Positions 23,683 through 27,892 of a stretch of DNA of 27,892 bases are shown here, piece after piece. Each line of letters starts with the position of its first letter. Positions within the stretch are counted from its first letter, which is position 1. Position numbers and translations under genes: made by a program. The notes beneath the pieces were generated by a model. It was not told the origin of the DNA, searched no databases, and worked only from the letters and a program-made list of their open reading frames with translations. This DNA is from an uncultured Nitrospirales bacterium (lineage in GTDB: Bacteria > Hydrogenedentota > Hydrogenedentia > Hydrogenedentales > JAGMZX01), in the NCBI GenBank assembly GCA_964390765.1, contig CAYMLC010000004.1:1-27892 (forward strand). The letters are read 5' to 3'.

Positions 23683-24855
23683 ATGCGCTGGAGTTTTGGC
23701 GCGCGCCCCCTCGGCCTGATGCTTTGTGTCTACGCGACGCTGGCCGGCGGCGCCCTGACCGCCCAACAATTTGTCGCCCTTCCGGGTTTCGAAGTGGCCG
23801 ACGGCATGTATGTGCCGGCGACACCCGACCGCCTGGCAAGCGATGCGCACCCGCTCAACCTGCCGTTTCCCACGATGCCGGGCACGCAGGAGAATCCGAT
23901 TACACCTGAGGCGGTCGAGCTGGGGCGCATGCTCTTCTTCGACCCCATCCTGAGTGGCGCCAACCGCATGTCGTGCGCGACCTGCCACCACCCGGATTTT
24001 GGCTGGGCCGATGCCCGTCCGCTGTCGATGGGACTGGGCGGCGAGGGGCTGGGCCCCGACCGTTCGGGCGGAGCCGTGCTGCGCCGCCATGCCCCCACGC
24101 TCTGGAACACGGGGTTCAGCCATGCCCAGTTCTGGGATGGCCGCGCCCCCACGCTCGAGGAACAGGCCGCGTTTCCCATCATGGCACCGGACGAGATGAA
24201 CCAGGACCCGAGCGAGCTGCTCTGGGAACTGGGCGACATCCCCGAGTATGTGGCGATGTTTGAAGCGGCCTATCCAGACGATGCGTATCCGCTGAGCTTC
24301 GACAACGTGCTGCGGGCCGTGGCCACGTTCCAGCGCACGCTGGTCAGCTACAACTCGCCCTACGACCGGTACGCCATGGGCGACGAGGACGCCCTGACCG
24401 AGCAGCAGAAGCTTGGGCTGGCGGTGTTTCGCAGCAAGCGGGCGGGCTGCATGCAATGCCACCACCCCCCCACCTTCGCAGGCCGGGACTTTCGCGTGAT
24501 TGGCGTGCCCGACCCGGCCAACGACCCCGGTGTGCAGCAGGCGCCGGGCGGCGGGCCCGAGGGTGGCTTCAAGGTACCGACCCTGCGGAACATCACCGAG
24601 ACCGCGCCCTACATGCACAACGGCGCCTTCGGAACGTTGGAGGAAGTCATCGACTTCTACGCCAATGGCGCGGGCTGGGGCGCGGGCATGGACCACCTCG
24701 ACGTCGACCTGCGCGTGGCCGATGGCTTCGAACTGAGCGAAAGCGACCGCGCCGCGCTCATTGCCTTTCTGCACGCGCTGACCGATACGAGAAACACGCC
24801 CGAAATACCGGAGCACGTGCCTTCGGGCCTGCCGGTGGAGCGCGCCGCGCGCTGA
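23683..24855 (+). CDS. Di-haem cytochrome c peroxidase / MauG-superfamily protein, exported
   Basis: Two CxxCH motifs (CATCH, CMQCH); 'LGRMLFFDPILS', 'APTLWN', 'QFWDGRAPTLEEQA', 'FKVPTLRNITETAPYMHNG'; signal-peptide-like N-terminus; AAGGAG upstream of ATG 23683. Confidence 0.9.
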   Translation: MRWSFGARPLGLMLCVYATLAGGALTAQQFVALPGFEVADGMYVPATPDRLASDAHPLNLPFPTMPGTQENPITPEAVELGRMLFFDPILSGANRMSCATCHHPDFGWADARPLSMGLGGEGLGPDRSGGAVLRRHAPTLWNTGFSHAQFWDGRAPTLEEQAAFPIMAPDEMNQDPSELLWELGDIPEYVAMFEAAYPDDAYPLSFDNVLRAVATFQRTLVSYNSPYDRYAMGDEDALTEQQKLGLAVFRSKRAGCMQCHHPPTFAGRDFRVIGVPDPANDPGVQQAPGGGPEGGFKVPTLRNITETAPYMHNGAFGTLEEVIDFYANGAGWGAGMDHLDVDLRVADGFELSESDRAALIAFLHALTDTRNTPEIPEHVPSGLPVERAAR

Positions 24856-24992
24856 CGCTGCCCGCGTCGGTATGGGATGCGAGCGCCCTTGCCACGCCCC
24901 GCGCTACCTCACCGCATGGCAATGCGATCGTCGGCTGGTCAGTGAGCACGCGGCTTCATCCACCCCAACGAATCGCGCCGCCCGCCGAAAGT

Positions 24993-25424
24993 CTACTGGT
25001 CGCGCACCGCATTGAGCTGAAAGCCCAACAGGTCATGGGGCGTGGGGCCGGTGTAATCGGGGCCGGTCTTGCCGTTGTAATAGAGCGTAATGCAGAGGCT
25101 GCGCAGCCCGATATTGAGCAGGCGCAATTGCGAGCCGATGAAGTCGGGCCAGTTGTCCCCCGTCTTGGACAGCCACAGGACGAAGCGCACGAAGAAGCCC
25201 GGCATCACGGACATCAGTGCCAGAAACGTATTGAGCTGGGCGATATCTTCTTCGGGCGCGTGCTCGACCAGGGTGTCGATGTGCGCGATACAACCCAGCT
25301 CGCTGAAGGACGGGTGGTCGCCATTGCGCGGACACCAGATGTCGCCGATGCGATTGAGCCCGCGCAGGGCGGCCTCGCTCAGGAAGCGGGAATCGAGGCC
25401 GGCGGGGAGGCTTGCGCTTGCCAT
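24993..25424 (-). CDS. Small protein resembling gluconate 2-dehydrogenase subunit 3-type partners of GMC flavoproteins
   Basis: ATG 25424, overlapping the GMC gene's 3' end; 'LNRIGDIWCPRNGDHPSFSELGCIAHIDTLV' resembles the 'L..I.P...PGA..AGV..FID' pattern; 143 aa. Confidence 0.55.
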   Translation of the reverse strand: MASASLPAGLDSRFLSEAALRGLNRIGDIWCPRNGDHPSFSELGCIAHIDTLVEHAPEEDIAQLNTFLALMSVMPGFFVRFVLWLSKTGDNWPDFIGSQLRLLNIGLRSLCITLYYNGKTGPDYTGPTPHDLLGFQLNAVRDQ

Positions 25425-26830
25425 GGTACCGGTTGTTCTCCTGCGAGCGCGCTCGCCATGCGGTGGGTGAGCGCCATAATCGTGAGCGCCGGGTTGATGC
25501 CGGGCGCGTTGGGGAACACACTCGAGTCGGCGCACAGCAGGTTGGGGTGGTCGTGCACGGTGAAGTCGGGCGCCACCACATTGGTGCGCGCGTCCTGACC
25601 CATGCAGCATCCGCCCATGAGGTGCAGGCCGAAGGCCCAGTCGAACTCGTGAAACTTGCGCGGGTTCAGGCTGCCCAGAATCTCGCGAATCACGCCCAGG
25701 CCGTCGCGTGCACGGGCGCGGTCCTGGTCGGTCAGGTCTTTCAGGATGCGCAGACGCCCATTGCGATTGGTCTGCAATTCACCCACGGCCTCGTCGCGTA
25801 CCGCCACTTCCATGCAGGCGAAGTGGCGATAGTTGCGCAGGAATTCCTGCAGCGGCTTGCCGGTCTTCTCGCTCAACACACCTACCGATATGGGTGGTGC
25901 AAAGACCGATTCCAGCTTGAACCCACGCGGGCGGAAGCGGGCGTCGTCGGATGCGGCACCCTGTAGCACGCCCTTGTGCGCGTCGACCTCGTGGTCGAAC
26001 TCCGCAAAGCTCATGTACTGCGGATGCATCGACACGCGGGTACCCACTGCGGGCAACCGGTCCTTGAAGCCGCTGTTGAGGAGCAGCTGGCTGGTGCCGA
26101 ACGCGCCCAGCGCCAGCACCACCTTGCCCGCGCGCCACGTGTGCGCTTTACCGTGTTGCTGCGCATGGACCGTTACACCGTCGGCCGTATGCTCGATTCG
26201 ATGCACGAAGCATTCGGACTGAAGCTCCATACCAGCGGCCATGGCCCGAGGCACATAGGTTGCCAGCGTGCTCTGCTTCGAGTCGCGGTGGCACCCGCCC
26301 AGGCAGGCCATGCAGTCGTTGCCGCGCTCCGTGGCGCAATCGGTCTGGCAGCGCCGCATGGGCTTCCACTGGTAGCCGCAACGGTCGGCACCCTCGATGA
26401 AGGCCCGCGTATTGTTGTTGCGCTGGTCTTCCGGAATCTCGACGATAGAGATGGCCGCGTCGGCGTAATCGTAGTGCGGCGCCATGGCCGCCTGGGTGAA
26501 GAAGTCGCAACCGCTTTCGGTGCGGAAATCCTCGAGGGCCACCTCGTCGAAGCGGTCCATCAAGGCGCCGTTCACCACCGAGCCACCGCCCACACAGCGC
26601 CCACGCAAGAAGGCGAGCTTGACGCGCGTGTTGTATTCGAGGCCACCGCCCCAGTACAGCCTGGGGCTGTATTCGGCCTCGGCCATCGGAAAATCTTTGG
26701 CCGTATAGTGCTTGCCCGCTTCGAGCATCAAGACCCTGGCGCCGGCCTCGGTCAGGATTTGCCCGGCCACGCCGCCCGACGTGCCGGACCCCAGAATAAT
26801 GACGTCGTAGTGGGGTGGTGCATCGGGCAT
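25379..26830 (-). CDS. GMC-family flavoprotein oxidoreductase
   Basis: ATG 26830 coupled to the ALDH stop (TGATG); 'DVIILGSGTSG' FAD motif, 'GRCVGGGSVVN', Cys cluster 'CMACLGGC', catalytic His (HLMGG) and Asn (GINPALTI). Confidence 0.92.
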   Translation of the reverse strand: MPDAPPHYDVIILGSGTSGGVAGQILTEAGARVLMLEAGKHYTAKDFPMAEAEYSPRLYWGGGLEYNTRVKLAFLRGRCVGGGSVVNGALMDRFDEVALEDFRTESGCDFFTQAAMAPHYDYADAAISIVEIPEDQRNNNTRAFIEGADRCGYQWKPMRRCQTDCATERGNDCMACLGGCHRDSKQSTLATYVPRAMAAGMELQSECFVHRIEHTADGVTVHAQQHGKAHTWRAGKVVLALGAFGTSQLLLNSGFKDRLPAVGTRVSMHPQYMSFAEFDHEVDAHKGVLQGAASDDARFRPRGFKLESVFAPPISVGVLSEKTGKPLQEFLRNYRHFACMEVAVRDEAVGELQTNRNGRLRILKDLTDQDRARARDGLGVIREILGSLNPRKFHEFDWAFGLHLMGGCCMGQDARTNVVAPDFTVHDHPNLLCADSSVFPNAPGINPALTIMALTHRMASALAGEQPVPWQAQASPPASIPAS

Positions 26831-27892
26831 CAGTAGTGGCTCTTCTTCTCCATGAGCTGCAGCCGTATGCCGGCGACGAGCGTCTTGAGCAAACCGGCGA
26901 TGCCGCCGGAAAAAGAGCCTATCACCAACTGGTCGATCAGCGCATACTTCTCCTCCGTATACGGATACCAGATAGGCTCGTAGCGCCCGCTGTTCTGGTC
27001 GACCATGATCGACTTGATGTTGGAGAACGAGTAGAGGCCGTGGGCGCCCTTGTAGCGGCCCATGCCGCTCTTCTTCACACCGCCGAAGGGCAACGCTGCA
27101 TTGCCCTGCGTGGCTAGCACATTGTTGATCGAGACGTTGCCCGTGACGATGGCGCGGGCCACGCGGTCGGCGCGCCGCACATCGTTCGACCACACGCTCG
27201 CGCTCAGGCCATAGGGGGAATCATTGGCCAGGCGGATGGCCTCCGCCTCGTCCTTGAAGGCCATCACCGTGGCGACCGGGCCGAAGCTCTCTTCGTAGTA
27301 AATCTTCATGTCCGGCGTGACGCCGGTGATCAAGGTCGGAGGGAAGTGGTGAGCACCTGGCTCGCGCTTGCCGCCGCATTCGACCGTTGCGCCCTTGCTT
27401 ACCGCATCCTGAATCTGTTCTTCCAACTTGGCGATCTGGAACTCAGCGGTCATGCAGCCCATATCGGCGGCCTTGTCGCTGTAGCTGTTGCCCATGGTGG
27501 CGGGCGTCTTCAGCTTTTCCACTTCGCGCTTAAATTCGCTCACGAACTCGGGATAAATCGAGTCCTGCACAAAGATGCGCTCGACCGACGTACAGGTCTG
27601 GCCGCTGTTGGTGTTCGAGCCCCAGAGTGCGCCGTTGACCGTACGGTTGACATTGGCATCTTCGAAGACCACGAAGGGGTCCTTGCCACCCAGTTCCAAT
27701 TCGACCGGAATCAGGTCGTCGGCGGCACGGCGCATAATCGCCTTGCCTGCGGCTTCGCTGCCGGTGAAGAAGATCTTGTCGGGCTTTTCCTCGATGCAGG
27801 CGCTGCCGACTTCCTTGCCGCCGTAGACCACTTCCACGGCGCCGGCGGGCAGGTCGCTGCCTTCACAGATACGCTCGACCAGGCCATGCAGC
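26830..27892 (-). CDS. Aldehyde dehydrogenase family protein (5' end outside the window)
   Basis: 'FFTGS', 'ELELGGKDP', catalytic Cys in 'NSGQTC', 'EESFGP', 'PFGGVKKSG'. Confidence 0.93.
   Translation of the reverse strand, partial: LHGLVERICEGSDLPAGAVEVVYGGKEVGSACIEEKPDKIFFTGSEAAGKAIMRRAADDLIPVELELGGKDPFVVFEDANVNRTVNGALWGSNTNSGQTCTSVERIFVQDSIYPEFVSEFKREVEKLKTPATMGNSYSDKAADMGCMTAEFQIAKLEEQIQDAVSKGATVECGGKREPGAHHFPPTLITGVTPDMKIYYEESFGPVATVMAFKDEAEAIRLANDSPYGLSASVWSNDVRRADRVARAIVTGNVSINNVLATQGNAALPFGGVKKSGMGRYKGAHGLYSFSNIKSIMVDQNSGRYEPIWYPYTEEKYALIDQLVIGSFSGGIAGLLKTLVAGIRLQLMEKKSHY

Noticed and set aside
1-27892. Search for CRISPR arrays, IS elements, integrases, tRNA or rRNA
   Set aside because: No regularly spaced direct repeats, transposase or integrase motifs, terminal inverted repeats or tRNA cloverleaves were seen, and no obvious compositional island.

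Overview
GC-rich bacterial chromosomal window of mostly housekeeping and accessory genes. No mobile element, CRISPR array, rRNA or tRNA is visible. In order: a partial secreted beta-helix protein, hsp20, xth, a divergent PduO-like gene, a membrane protein, purC-purF, a GH4 6-phospho-beta-glucosidase, a TPR membrane protein, a solitary exbD, a receiver protein with a degenerate GGDEF domain, an SGNH hydrolase, a zinc-ribbon membrane protein, purD preceded by a stand-alone PurH N-terminal (IMP cyclohydrolase-like) gene, a GAF-GGDEF diguanylate cyclase, terB-like, an inositol monophosphatase-family gene, and a 5-formyl-THF cyclo-ligase preceded by a candidate 6S RNA. These are followed by a flagellar operon (flgF-flgG-flgA-flgH-flgI-flgJ-[EF-hand protein]-flgN-flgL), a di-haem cytochrome c peroxidase-family gene and an ALDH/GMC oxidoreductase/small-subunit operon. 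Main points of interest: (1) a consensus sigma-54 promoter pointing into the flagellar operon lies inside the apical stem of the oppositely oriented 6S-like RNA; (2) a two-EF-hand protein sits where flgM usually lies, and flgK is missing between flgN and flgL; (3) the PurH-like gene lacks the transformylase domain and has an altered NLYPF motif; (4) the REC-GGDEF protein looks catalytically dead but keeps its c-di-GMP I-site. All calls come from motif recognition by eye; no database searches were run.
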